Notes under the pieces: generated by a model
What the model was told of the DNA's origin: nothing
Seen by the model: the letters and a program-made list of their open reading frames with translations, nothing else
Database searches by the model: none
Assembly (NCBI GenBank): GCA_030390025.1
Contig: CM059431.1
Coordinates: 126,854,001 to 126,918,000 of the forward strand
Reading direction: 5' to 3'
Origin: Squalus acanthias
Taxonomy: Eukaryota
DNA length: 64,000 nt
Shown: positions 1 through 12,689 of the stretch, piece after piece
Position numbering within the stretch: the first letter of the stretch is position 1
Layout of the letters: each line of letters starts with the position of its first letter
Made by a program: the position numbers and the translations under genes

Positions 1-1140
1 TATCATCTCCGTGTGCATGCCCATCACTCTTCTTCTGAAGGCCTCCCCATCGGGGTCCTCATCTGAGTTCTGTGCAGCAGAAATCGAGCTCAAACTCACC
101 CTCCGGGGAGCTGGATCCCGAGTTACCCTTCCCCCCTGGCCTTGCTGCAGCCCGCTCATCCCCGGTGCATCACCCTGTGCAGATCCCGCTACTATACTAG
201 CCTCTAAAGAACACGTAGTGCCAGTATCTGAGCTGGTGCCTGTGGGTGAGACATGCAGTGACATGGTGTCTTTTTCCTCCTCCTCTTCTTCCACCTCACT
301 CTCAAAGGTGCCCTCAGGGACAGGCTGCTCAGCTTCTTGCTCATTATCTGAAAACATAAGGGCACAAGAGTTGGGTTAAGGTGAGGGGAGGGGGGCAGGA
401 AGGGAGAAATGCATGCATGCAGCATGATTATCTGGAAATTGGGAAAGGCTTGTGGGTGAGTGGGAAGTGGGATGTGAGAAGAAGGAGTAGGGATGAACAT
501 ACCGTTTTTGTCCCCAAGGGTTCAACATCACCGGTGGCCATGGCGCCCACCACCTGGCGCCCAATGATTTGCAGCATCCTTTCCTCCAGCGCAGACAGTG
601 GTTGGGTGTCAGGTTGTCCCCTGCCTGTGCATTCCTGCTCCCTCCTGTTGTGAGCCACCTTGGCCTGCAAGAGAGAGGAAAGTGTGTGAATGAGTGTGGA
701 GCAATGGGTTTGGGAGATGTGCCTTCTATAGTTGAATAGCTGTCACTGTGTGCAAGGTGTGAGATGTGGGTGTGAGTGTTGGTAGGTAGAGATTGTTGGT
801 GGGTGAGTGCTGAGGGTGTGGAGCTTTGGGCAGTGTGTGCAGACTGAGGTTCAGATGGTGGTATGTAGCATTTGTTGAGGCATTGACTCACCCTGACCAC
901 CTGCGTGAGGTTGTTTAATTTCTTCCTGCACTGTGTGTGGGTCCTGGGGACCACAGAGCTGCCCGAGACCTGCTGGGCTACCTCTCCCCACATGGCGCGG
1001 AAGACTTGCGGCGAGGGCCTCCTGCCACTTGCCGGGTACAGCACCGCCCTCCGTCTCTCCACAGCGAAGACCAAGGCCTCCAATGCCTGATCACAGAATC
1101 TGCGAGCTCTCTCCCTGGGTCAATGATCTGCTATAATGAC
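1..1140 (-). pseudogene. Harbinger Myb/SANT-like DNA-binding protein gene, 3 exons (~1140-892, 664-503, 347-<1)
   Basis: Exon 1 LEALVFAVERRRAVLYP..W.EVAQQV..RTHTQCRKKLNNL ends at a GTGAGT donor; exon 2 AKVAHNRREQECTGRGQP..LSALEE has TTGCAG/GTATGT sites; acidic exon 3 follows TTTCAG. Exon 2 is 162 nt whereas exon 3 needs phase 1, implying a frameshift. Confidence 0.8.
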
Positions 1141-1329
1141 ACCTCCTTCAGTGGTCCGGTTCCTTCTCCTTGGCCTTCTGATGCTTGCTGAGACAGCTGC
1201 AGAACCAGCAATGCTGAGAATGAGGTTCTGCAGCATGATTGAACCTCCCCTTTAAGAACTGGAAAGAGCCTGTGGCAATGATGACTAGTGATTAGACTGC
1301 ACCTGAAATTGCTTAACGCTTTGAGTGTA

Positions 1330-1591
1330 CTCTTTTGGGCAACCCATGAACAAATAAACTGTACCTTAACAAAAATACCTTAAATGAAACTTAACAAATT
1401 AAATTAAAATTTGATTGGCCAGGGTGATGATGCACTCCAGTCCCTGCGGTGCCCATCAGTCACGGAAGGCCTTTAGCGTGCCGGCGGACACCGCGTGCTC
1501 CATCTCCAGGGCCACCTGGGCGTGAACGTGGCTGCGGAAGAGAGGCAGGCAGCCGGGCCGAACTACCCCCTCGACCGCCCGCTGCCTAGAC
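1330..1591 (-). mobile_element. Tx1/L1-clade LINE 3' fragment inserted in the Harbinger end
   Basis: Minus-strand peptide SRQRAVEGVVRPGCLPLFRSHVHAQVALEMEHAVSAGTLKAFRD*WAPQGLECII resembles the Tx1 ORF2 C-terminus, followed by an AT-rich 3' UTR. Confidence 0.6.
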
Positions 1592-1771
1592 CAGCGCTTT
1601 TCAGAGTAATGCCACTGAGCTAGGTCATTCACGCTTGATTTAATGTTCCAGTCCTTGCTTTGAGCGCTAACAGTTAATTTTGCGTGCACTCTGAATCATT
1701 AGCGCCTGGTGCTAAATCTCTAACTTTTCAAAAGTTAGCACCCAATCCTGGGCTATAATGAATTTCTCCCC

Positions 1772-2170
1772 CTAGGGTTGTATTCCCTGGAATTTAAATG
1801 GTTAAGGGGTGATTTACTCTAAGCTTTCAAGATGTTAAGAAAAACTGATAGGGTATATAGATAGAAACTATTTCCGCTGGATGGGGAGTCTCGGACTAGG
1901 GGATATAGCCTATAAATTAGAGCCAGGCCTTTCTGGAGTGAAGTTAGGAAACACTTCCACACACAAAAGGTGGTAGAAGTTTGGAACTCTCTTCCACAAA
2001 AAGCAGTGTTGCTAGATCAATTGTTAATTGTTGAATGATAGATTTTTTTTAACCAAAGGTATTAGGGGATATGCAGAAAAGACAGTTAGGTCACAGATCA
2101 GCCATGATCTCATTGAATGGCGGAACAGGCTCGAGGGGCTAAATGGTCTCCTCCTCTTCCTATATTCTTG
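1772..2170 (+). mobile_element. CR1 LINE 3' fragment
   Basis: Decayed RT C-terminus (GLYSLE..LRGDL, VVEVWNSLP) and the typical 3' UTR GAATGGCGGAACAGGCTCGAGGGGCTAAATGG. Confidence 0.85.
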
Positions 2171-2715
2171 AGCAGCGCAGAGTCAGAACCAGGAAATTCA
2201 ATGTCAAATCAGGTATAAAAAGCAAAATAAAGAGAGAGAAAGAAAGATTGGATTAAGAGAGAGAGATAAAATAGACTCAAAGAAAAAGTTATAAACAACG
2301 TTATTTACATTTTTAAAAATCTCTAACAACACTTCAAATCTGAAGGAGTGAGACTCCATGCTTGTAAAAGTCAATTTTCAGTGCCAGAGAGGTTGTTTGG
2401 CAGTAATTAAAACTTTTCACACTATTAAAAGGGTACTTACACTGGAATGGACAGGCCCTAACTTTTCCTGCTGAGTTTAGTGTATATATGTCAGGTAAGT
2501 ACAGCAACTTCACGCTGTTCCATGTATTTCAATTGTGAGTCAGATGGCGAGATACCATTATATTCCAGCTTGTGAAGGAGCAGAGCATCTTGGACAGCAA
2601 CTTCATGATGTACACATTTAACTGCACATGTGCGGTCGCTGGAAGTTGCTGTGCACTTTAAGCAGGGTTAACGCCGTTAGCCTCACCGTTAACTTTTACC
2701 GCTAAATTCGGCCCA
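2171..2715. mobile_element. Non-autonomous DNA transposon (Harbinger-type MITE) fragment
   Basis: Ends in AAATTCGGCCC; the left part is similar to the reverse complement of ~40340-40590. Confidence 0.5.
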
Positions 2716-3758
2716 ATATGTTTACTATTTTAAGTCATTTCCATTTTACTGCAAGCTATTTTGTACCTATTAAAACATTAATTAGTAGATTGATAAATGT
2801 TTGTACTTAAAATATTTTATTAGTTGATTTTTTTCCCTAAGCAAGCAGTAGGTTGACACCTGGTTGCATTTCGATCACATGGGGCTGGTGTGTGATGCCT
2901 GCACCTCATTGTGTGATGTGATGGTTTCATTATTTTCAACTGAGCCTCCCCGGAGTGAAAATCTCTCTCTGAATGTGTCAGGCATATTTTATTAGAAAAA
3001 ATATTCTATCAGCTTGGCAAAGATAACTGCAAGAATTGTTCTTTATTTTGTTGGAAAATGTATTTTCCCCCCTTCAGTCAAACAATGTCAAGTTTTATTT
3101 GTTGCTGCTGTCAAAAATGCTTGATTAGGCAACTGTCAAATTTACTAAGGCTGCGAGATTGAGCAGTAACATCATGTCATCTCCTCAGGAGGTAAATGAA
3201 GCACAGTGGTCATGTTACGCACTATAAAGGCAAACATATTTTAACTCTCTCTCAAGTGATGGGAAAGTTTCTGATAATATTCATGTACTCATCTTCTCTA
3301 TGATATATCTTTAGGTATTTTTATAAACTATCTTAGTTCCTTTTTAAATTCACACCTTATTTGACACTTAACTTATCACATAGTGTAATAACATTGTAGC
3401 TTAAACTGCTACTGTTAATATGCCATATTCAAATATTGTACAACAGTAGCAGCATACTTATACATAGTTTACTGTATGAGGGGTAAAGTGAGAAGCATAA
3501 CAAGACAAATAGGGGAGCCAGAGAGGGGAGTGGGATTAATTGGATAGCTCTACCAAAGAGGTGGCATGGGCACGATGGGTCGAATGCCCTCCTTCTGTGC
3601 TATTTCGTTCTAAGATTCTATTAATCGATTCGAATGCTTTGTCTTGGTTTGGAGACATAAAATTAAATATTCACCTCATCACTATGATTTACACAATTAT
3701 AGTAATATTTGGGGTCAAAATGATTTATCCCGATGAAGGAAATATGATAGCCAATATT

Positions 3759-4513
3759 GGCCTGGATATTCTGATCCCTACGGGTGGGTACGTGCTGTGT
3801 ACTCACCCGTAGGGACATCGGAAATGCCGGTTTCAGGCATGCACAGCGCATGTGCTGGAAACCGGCATTTCCGATCTGTCAAGAATCCTCTTGACAGATC
3901 CTCCGGCTGCCCGGGAGAGGGGTCTCTGCGGGCGGATAGTTCTGTTTTTTGGAGACCCTCCGCCCGCAGAAAACCCTTATAATTCTTACACCTGGTAAAA
4001 GCAGGCATAAAGCTTTTATCAGGATAAGAGTTGAAAAAAAGTTTTTTAAAAAATGTTTCACCGATTTAACATTTAAAAATACTTCAAAAAAAGGTAAGTT
4101 TATTTTTAGCCCCTTAAAAAACGTTAATTATTTTTTTCAAAAAATTAAATTTTTGTTTAAAATACTTAATTTATTGTAATTTCAAGTCATTTTAAAAATG
4201 TGATTTTTAAAAAAAATGTATTTAAAGTTTTACTATGTTTTTTCATTGATTTCCATTCATATATTTGACAGGTCTTCCTGTCAAATGTATGAAGGGAGAT
4301 TCCCTTCTGGGATTGGCTCCCCATGGCCCACGTGATCCCAGGGACGCTGCAAACTACATGCGCCCCTGGGATACGTGGGCCCTGCACACTTCAAGTTTGG
4401 AGAGGCCCAGGAGCGGAAGCGTGTGCGTCCTGGGAGCCCTCAGGTAAGGGCACAGATTTTTCCAGATCGCAGGCCTCCGCCCGCGGGAGGCCTGCAATCA
4501 GAAAACACGGGCC
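3759..4513 (+). mobile_element. Harbinger-type MITE with internal hairpins (family C)
   Basis: Imperfect TIRs GGCCTGGATATTCTGAT / ATCAGAAAACACGGGCC; hairpins at 3821-3872 and 4327-4379; related sequence at 23085-23223 and 25610-27128. Confidence 0.7.
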
Positions 4514-5859
4514 ACTGTCTTAAGTGAAGTGGCCTGCAAGCCAAACTGACCGCCATACCTGTAACTGGGGAAGAACCGCTAATTTTAATTAGCCCAGAAT
4601 GTAGTGTATCCTGATTTGAATCAACAGATCAGGATGCACTAGATTGGGAGTTGAGACTTGAGCAGCAGAGTATGAATTGGGTCTTCAAAGAGGTGGAATG
4701 TCGTACTGGACCATTCCTGCCTTACTTAACCACTGGTTCCTGAGATCCAGCTGCCCTCTTTCTGTCTGAGATTCTTCCATTTTCTCCACATCTCCAAGAC
4801 TCTCCCATCCTCTTCATGCCTCATACTATATTTTTCCCTTCATAACCATGAAATGTTGCTTCCATCACCATCCTTCCTCTCGCAGCACATCCCTGCTTCA
4901 AACCTCCGATTCTAACCTGTTTTCTGCCAAATATTTTTCCAATTCCACTTAACATCAGCATGAATTAACCCTTCTCCCATCAACTTCCTTTCGACTACAA
5001 GCCTCCCTCCCCCAAGCATTGGAAAATAGCAATACTGTGAGCGGAATCATGTCTGTAAAGTACTACCCCAACATAATTTGCAAAATAATGTACCGAGGAG
5101 TGGTTGATGCTGACTAATTTGGTAATGAATCAACATCAATGACTCATAAGTACAATGTTTTGCCGACAACAAAAAAGCTTTGCAAACTTTTTTCTAGATG
5201 ATATAATTTAAATCATCAATCAAACATAATTTAGGTGGTTTAGTCAATCCAATCCATTCATCTGCTTCATCTCAAGGAGGATTGGTACTCAAGAAGCTAA
5301 CATAAAAACATCATTTATCTACATTAACTAACTTCAGAGTGAAAATTAGACAAGAAGAAGAATTGATGAGCGGGTCCCAGAAATGGTTCTGGAAAAGATA
5401 GAAATGCGAGAATGACTTTGTTGAGGAAAATGACATACTGTAGGCACATTAGGGTAGATTTTGTGATGCGAGGCTATTGGCACAGAGCCTGACCGATGGG
5501 AGTGCAGATTCAAGAAATAGGCTTGGAGGTTGTCATGCTCGATTCGCGGCACTCCCACTTCTTTGGCCTTGATTTCCAATCAGCACACGTCGAAGAAAGG
5601 CTGTGCTCTGGGAGCCTCTCCTCAGAAGATTGGCCCTATTATTTTGGAGCCACAGGAATGTTGTTAGAGTTGTTAATGTCATTAAACGTTGATGGTAATA
5701 GATCAAATTAAAGGAGTAGAAGAACATGAAGTAATGAAAGGGGTAGATGTAATGACTGGTAAAATCCCCAGAGTCAAGAAGACAGAGAGAGGGAGAGATA
5801 GAGAGAGAGATACATAGACTCAATTATGTGAAAACCATACTCACAAATCAATTTACTGA

Positions 5860-6989
5860 ACTGCTGATTGTCGGGAAACTCAGGAGGCCGGGTTTCCCAA
5901 AGGCCCTGCTGACTTTAACGGCAGGGCCTGATTTCCCGCCCGCAGCCAGCCTGATTGAGAGGCTGGCTGGCAGGCTACGGGCGGGTAGGCCTGTGGCACT
6001 AGGCCACACAGAGGAGGGAGGGAGGGATCAGGCCATGCCGTTAAAAAGTCGGGGAGGGGGATGGTGAAGTGTCAGCCAGGGATCGGGGATCGGGCCGGTA
6101 AAAGGATCGGGGGGGGGGCGGTGGCTGAGTGTCGGCCTGGGATCGGGGATCAGGCCGGTAAAAGGATCAGCGGGGGGTGGGGGGGGTGGGCGGTGGTCAG
6201 GGATCGGGGATCGGGCCGTTAAAAGGATCGGCGAGGGGGGTGGGGGGTGGCTGAGTGTCGGCCAGGAATCGGAGATCGGGCCGGTAAAAGAATCGGTGGG
6301 GGGGAGGGGGTGGGCGGCTGAGTGTCAGCCAGGGATCGGAGATCGGGCCGGTAAAAGGATCGGCAGGGGGGGCGGTAGTCAGGGATCGGGGATCGGGCCG
6401 TTAAAAGGATTGGCTAGTGGGGGGGTGGTCAGGGATCGGGCCGTGCCGTTAAAAGGATTGTGGGGGCGTCGGGCAGCGATCGGGGGGCGGAGAGAGAGGA
6501 TCGGGGCTGGATGATCGGGGGTGGGTGAAGACAAGATCGTGGCCGGCCTCAGCATCATCGGTGGGGGGAAGGGGGGAGACCTGAGGGCTGATCGGAGACC
6601 TCGTGAGGGGGTTTCCAATCGCTGGGGGTGGCTTAGGCAGGGACCCTGGTTCCAGTAGGTAGGTATAAAGGTGATTACCTCCTGGATCCAGCAAACCCGC
6701 CTTGCTGTAACTGCCGGGTTTTACGAATTGTGTAAACCCCTCCACATGCAGTTAAAAACAAAATGCAGGTTAATAAAGAGAATTCCAGCCTCATTATAAT
6801 ATTTAAGTTGACGTCCCGCCTCCTTGGAGTGGGCTGGTCGCCCACCTCCATCCCGCCCCCCGCCCCGCCTCTGTTAAAACCGAAAGTGGGCGGGTTGGAG
6901 GTGGGTTCAGGTCAGTAATCCCATTTTTAACAATTTAACTACCCCCATGCGCACAACCAACCTATTTTCTTAGGTTAAAATTCCCCCCC
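5860..6989 (-). mobile_element. Harbinger-type MITE (family D) with internal G-rich tandem repeat
   Basis: TIR GGTTAAAATTCCCCCCC at the right end; homologous to 23504-24684, 31302-33650 and 41520-41970. Confidence 0.7.
6020..6520 (+). repeat. G-rich minisatellite, ~55-65 bp unit with core GGGATCGGGGATCGGGCCGGTAAAAGGATCGG
   Basis: About 8 imperfect tandem copies are visible. Confidence 0.85.
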
Positions 6990-7689
6990 ATTAAGATGGC
7001 TTTTCCACAATGGATACCTGCTGAAGTCCCAACAGGTAGGATTTGTACACCTCAGGGTTGCTGCGCCTGTCACAATGGAGAGAAGTGATCAGAAGGCCTG
7101 AGGCCTTCAGATTGGCTGGGGAGGGAGAGGAAGAAAACAAATTCAGACTTCCTAATTCAATCTTCATCCAGTCCTGTGACTGCCATGGACGCTCTGGTCC
7201 TTGGGCAGTCCCAGGGCAGGCCATTCCACCAGATATCATTAGGTGCCCCTACACTGCAGGCCTTGTACTTCAGGTGGGAAAGCCCAATAAACTCATGAAG
7301 GGGGTCGGGGGTCGGGGGGTGGCGGTGGGGGGAGGTGTGGTGGCGTGTGGAAACCTGACATATTCATTTTCTGCTCCTCTTCTTCACTGCACCTGAGGAG
7401 GACCAATTCCCTAGGCACAGCAAAGATGAAAATCTAACCAGGCTATTCTTTACCTGTAACACACAGTTCATCTAATTACAGTGAATTCCCTTTGTGCACC
7501 TAACTTCCTGGCAATTGGGACAGCAAGAACCCATGGGCATAATATATTGATATGCACCAACTGATTATGAGGAGAACAATGCATGTTATCATTCAAAATT
7601 GAAATTGATTTTATAACTGCTTTTACAGCACGATATTCTGATCTGGTGAAAGCCAGAATTCTAAGGGGTCAAATTGGTCCCAGTTACAT

Positions 7690-10456
7690 AGAAACATAGA
7701 AAAATAGGAGCAGGAGTAGGCCATTCGGCCCTTCGAGCCTGCTCCGCCATTCAATATGATCATGGCTGACCCTATATCTCAATACCATATTCCCGCTCTC
7801 TCCCCATACCCCTTGATGCCTTTTGTGTCTGGAAATATATCTATCTCCTTCTTACAAAATATTCAGTGGCTTAGCCTCCACAGCCTTCTGTGGTACAGAA
7901 TTCAACAGGTTCACCACCCTCTGAGGGAAGAAATTTCTCCTCATCTCAGTCCTAAATGACCTACCCCATACCCTCAGACTGTGACCCCTCGTTCTAGACC
8001 CCCCAGCCAGGGGAAACATCCTCCCTGCATCCAGTCTGTCTAGCCCTGTCAGAATTTTATACGTTTCAATGAGATACCCTCTCATTCTTCTAAACTCTAG
8101 TGAATACAGGCCTAGTCGACCCAATCTCTCCTCATACAACTGTCCTGCCATCCCAGGAATCAGTCTGGTGAACCTTCGCTGCACTCCCTCTATGGCAAGT
8201 ATATCCTTTCTTAGGTAAGGAGACCAAAACTGCACACAGTACTCCAGGTGTGGTCTCACCAAGGCCCTGTATAACTGCAGTAAGATATCCTTGCTCCTGT
8301 ACTCAAATCCTCTTGCAATGAAGGCCAACATACCATTTGCCTTCCTAACTGCTTGCTGCACCTGCATGTTTGCTTTCACTGACTGGTGTACAAGGACACC
8401 CAGGTCCCTTTGTACATCAGCATTTCCCAATCTATCACCATTTAAATAATACTCTACCTTTCTGTTTTTCCTACTGAAGTGGATAACTTCACATTTATCC
8501 ACGTTATACTGCATCTGCCATGTATTTACCCACTCACTCAACTTGTCTAAATCGCCTTGAAGCCTCTTTGCATCCTCCTCACAACTTAAAATCCCACCTA
8601 GTTTCATGTCATCAGCAAACTTGGAAATATTACATTTGGTTCCCTCATCCAAATCATTGATATATATTGTGAATAGCTGTTGCCCAAGCACTGATCCCTG
8701 CGGTACCCCACTAGTCACCGCCTGCCACCCTGAAAAAGACCCATTTATTCCTAGTCTCTGTTTCCTGTCTGTTAACCAATTTTCAATCCATGCCAGTATA
8801 TTACCTCCAATCCCATGTGCTTTAATTTTGCACACTAACCTCTTGTGTGGGACTTTATCAAAGGCCTTCTGAAAATCCAAATACACCACATCCACTGGTT
8901 CTCCCTTATCTATTTTACCAGTTACATCCTCAAAAAACTCCAGTAGGTTTGTCAAACATGATTTCCCTTTCATAAATCCATGTTGACTTTGTCTAATCCA
9001 GTTGATATTATCTAAGTGTCCTGTTATCACATCTTTTATAATAGATGCTATCATTTTTCCTACTAATGATGTTAGGCTAACGGTCTGTAGTTCCCAGTTT
9101 TCTCTCTCCCTCCTTTTTTAAATAGTGGGGTTACATTTGCCACCCTACAATCTGCCAGAACTGTTCCATAATCTATAAAATTTTGGAAGATGACAACCAA
9201 TGCATCCACTATTTCCATGGTTACCTCTTTTAGTACTCTGGGATGCAGATTATCAGGCCCTGGGGATTTATCAGCTTTCAGTCCCATTAATTTCTCCAGC
9301 ACTATTTTTTTACTAATACTAATTTCCTTTAATTCCTCCTTCTCACTAGACCCTTGGTTCCCTCGCATTTCTGGGAAGTTATTTGTGTCTTCTTCCGTGA
9401 AGACAGAACCAAAGTATTTGTTTAATTGCTCAACCATTTCCTTGTGCCCCACTATAAATTCTCCTGTTTCTGACTGTAAGGGACCTACATTTGTCTTCAC
9501 TAATCTTTTTCTTTTTACATACTTGTAGAAGCTTTTACCGACCACTTTTATGTTCCTTGCAAGTTTACTCTCATACTCTATTTTTCCCCTCTTAATCAAT
9601 CTCTTGGTCCTTTTTTGCTGAACTCTAAACTGCTCCCAATCCTCAGGCTTGCTACTTTTTCTGGCAACTTTATATGACTCCTCTTTGGATCTAATACTAT
9701 CCTTAATTTCTTTTGTTAGCCATGGTTGGGCCACTTTTCCTTTTGTGTTTTTGCGCCAGAAAGGAATGTATAACTGTTGCAATTCATGCATTCGTTCCTT
9801 AAATGTTAGGCATTGCCTATCCACCATCATGCCTTTTAATGAATCTCCCCAATCTATCATAGCCAACTAACTCCTCATACCATTGTAGTTTCCTTTGTTT
9901 AGATTTAGGACCCTAGTTTCGGATTGGACTTCTTCACTTTCCATCTCAATGAAGAATTCTACATGTTATGGTCAGTCTTCCCTAAAGAACCCCGCACCAC
10001 AAGATTATTTATTAACCCCTTCACATTGCACAATACCCAACCTAGGATAACCTGTTCTCTAGTTGGCTCCTCAACGTACTGGTCTAAAAATCCATCTCGT
10101 ACACACTCCAGGAATTCATCCTCCACATTATTATTGCTAATTTGGTTTGGCCAGTCTGTATGTACATTAAAGTCACCCATGATTACTATAGTACCCTTGT
10201 TACATGCATCTCTAATTTCCTGTTTGATGCTGTCCCCTACATTACACTACTGTTTGAAGGCCTGTAGACAACTCCTACCAATGTTTTCTGCCCCTTGGTG
10301 CTTCTTAGCTCCACCCAGACTGATTCTACATCTTGATTTTCTGAGCCAAAATCCTTTCTCACTATTGCTCTGATTTCATCTTTTACTCACAATGCCACCC
10401 CACTTCCTTTTCCTTTTTGCCTGTCCTTCCTAAATATCGAATATCCTTGGATATTT
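7690..10456 (-). mobile_element. CR1 LINE, 5'-truncated (end of APE endonuclease plus RT), disrupted ORF2
   Basis: ORFs 9959-10180 (MGDFN..SDH-like), 9072-9866 (KSPGPD..GNYRP) and 7852-9054 ([26 protein letters not shown]); TTCTATGT-type tail; AGTTACAT direct repeat at 7682-7689 and 10457-10464. Confidence 0.95.
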
Positions 10457-10709
10457 AGTTACATTGATTGATGACATAAATGATTGTAAAAGTAAAGCAA
10501 TGTCTGTAGAAAATGCTATTGTAACATTTGTGTGTTCAGTGCTTCTTCCCATATTCTTTGTGTTTGGAAGCAATCTTTACATACTGCAATGACCTGGTTT
10601 TCAATAATCTGACTGTTGCTTGCTCTGGCCATTCGAAAGGCAAATTATGGAGCCCTTTAGGAAAGTAGTGCCTCTTTGGGATCCCCATGTAAACTATTTG
10701 TATAGTTTA

Positions 10710-12683
10710 CAGAGCAGACAAGAGAAGTAAAATTAGGGGAACATCTAGGCAATAGTGACCATAAAATAATTAGCTTTAAGATAATAATTGAGACGGATAT
10801 AAGTACAATGAAGTCCAGGTTAATAGATTGGAGAAAAGTGGATTTTGAGGGGTTGAGAATTGAAATTAGGAAATTAAAATGGACAACAATATTGGCAATA
10901 ATGGGAAACATTTAAAATGGTGTGCAACAGAGTCCAGGAAAAATATATTCCACTAAAAAAGAACAAACTAAACACTGAGACACCATTGATGAATAAAGAC
11001 ATAAGGAAAAAATTGAGGGTGAAGAAAGAGGCATATACTGAGTACATGGACAGCATGGGAGAGCATGCCAATGGAGAATATGAAGAGATTAGGAGAGAAG
11101 CCAGAAAAACAATTAGGAAGGCAAAGAGGAACTATGAAAGTAAATTATCAAAGAACATAAAAGAAAATAGTCAGATATTCTACAGGCACATAAATAAAAA
11201 AAGGAAAGTTGGGATAGAAATAGGGCCTCCAAGGGATGGACAGGAAAAAGATCATAGGCAGCGATAGTGAGATAGCACAAATATTAAATAATTATTTTGC
11301 TTCAGTATTTACCAGGGAGACAGATCAGGTGGACAAGACATCAGAAGATGAGATTAGAAATTATATTACCGCATTTAAAATAAAAGGAGAAGTATTAAAT
11401 AAACTAAACAAACTCAAAGTGGATTAAACCCTGGTCCAGATGGATTACATCCATGCATTTTAAAAGAATCTATGGATGAGGTAGCAGATGCATTATTACA
11501 CATATTTAATAATTCATTAGAAAAAGGTGTAGTGCCAGAGGACTGGTGGATAGCTAATGTAATGCCTATATTTAAGAAGGAAGATAGAACATGTCCAGGG
11601 AACTATAGACCAGCCAGCTTAAAATCAGTGATTGGAAAAATAATGGAATCCCTACTGAAGGAGAAAACATCTAGGGGATAATTTTGTTAATGGGGGCGCA
11701 TTGGAGGCAGGACTGCTGCTTGACGGGTCGATGTCCCGCCTCCATCGATTTGTGGCCAACCCACGCTATTTTCCCTTGATTGACCTTGTTAAGCCCGCCC
11801 AGCGGGGTTAGCACGCCAATTAAGGGAAAGCCGGTTGCAGAGAACGTCAACATATGACGTTTCATCTGTCTAAAAATTTTGACAGATGAATTGTCATTGT
11901 TTGACAGGTCTGTGAAGCTGTCAAACAGTGACATTCTCTGTCGTTTGATGAGGTCTTGAATTCAAGACCTCATCAAACTTCTTTCTTTTACAGAAATGAG
12001 ATGGTTGTTGCATCTGTGAATGCAACGGCCATCTGTCATCTACAACACGAAGGTCCGAGACTCTCCGCATAGACACTGACTGAAGCCTGCAGGGAGAAAC
12101 AAAGGTAAGCACACTTTTACTAACACTTTGCACTTACCTCAAATACTCACCTCTCCACTTTTGCACCTATCACTTACCTACACAGCACACTTTTGCACCC
12201 CCCGCCAAACCCCCGCAGACCCAGTACTCGCCTTGCTGAGCTGACGGGTTTTGGAGCCTTCGGGAAGCCCACACTTGTGAGGGCAAAAAGGGGATCATCC
12301 TATTTTAGTTAATAGGCTTTAATCCCTTCCCGCCTCCAAGGAGATGGAACCCGGCGTGGGACAGCTACCCGCCTCCTGGCAAGATGGCATGGAGGTGGGT
12401 TGGGGGCGGGTTGGGCACATGCCCCCAAATTCTGCCATTTTCCCGGCAGTCCCGCCTCCATACCTGCTGGCAAAATCGCCCCCCTAGAAAGAAAAAAATA
12501 TAATAATGAATAGTCAGCATGGATTTCAAAGTGAAAGTCTTGCTTGACCAACCTCAATTAATTCTTTGTAAAAGTAACAGAGAGAGTAGACAAGGGTAAT
12601 GCAGTAGATGTTATTTATCTAGATTTTCAAAAGGCCTTTGATAAGGAGCCAAATAATAGGTTAATGAATAAGGTTAGAGCATG
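10710..12683 (+). mobile_element. Decayed CR1 LINE fragment interrupted by a MITE
   Basis: Broken ORF2 frames (SDH, PGPDGLHP, GNYRP, QHGF, DFQKAFDK). Confidence 0.9.
11675..12484 (+). mobile_element. Harbinger-type MITE (family A)
   Basis: TIR-like ends GGGATAATTTTG / CAAAATCGCCCCCC and TAG TSD; splits the CR1; inverted homologue at 21160-22002. Confidence 0.85.
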
Positions 12684-12689
12684 CAGGCT

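Larger units (their letters stand above)
1..1771 (-). mobile_element. PIF/Harbinger DNA transposon, terminal part (continues left of the window), carrying a Myb/SANT gene
   Basis: TIR-like end ...GAATTTCTCCCC at 1760-1771; contains a spliced Myb/SANT-like gene on the minus strand. Confidence 0.75.

Noticed and set aside
5346..5823. ORFs that could be a host terminal exon
   Set aside because: Weak acceptor and no recognisable protein; faint resemblance to decayed L1/Tx1 ORF2 is too weak to call
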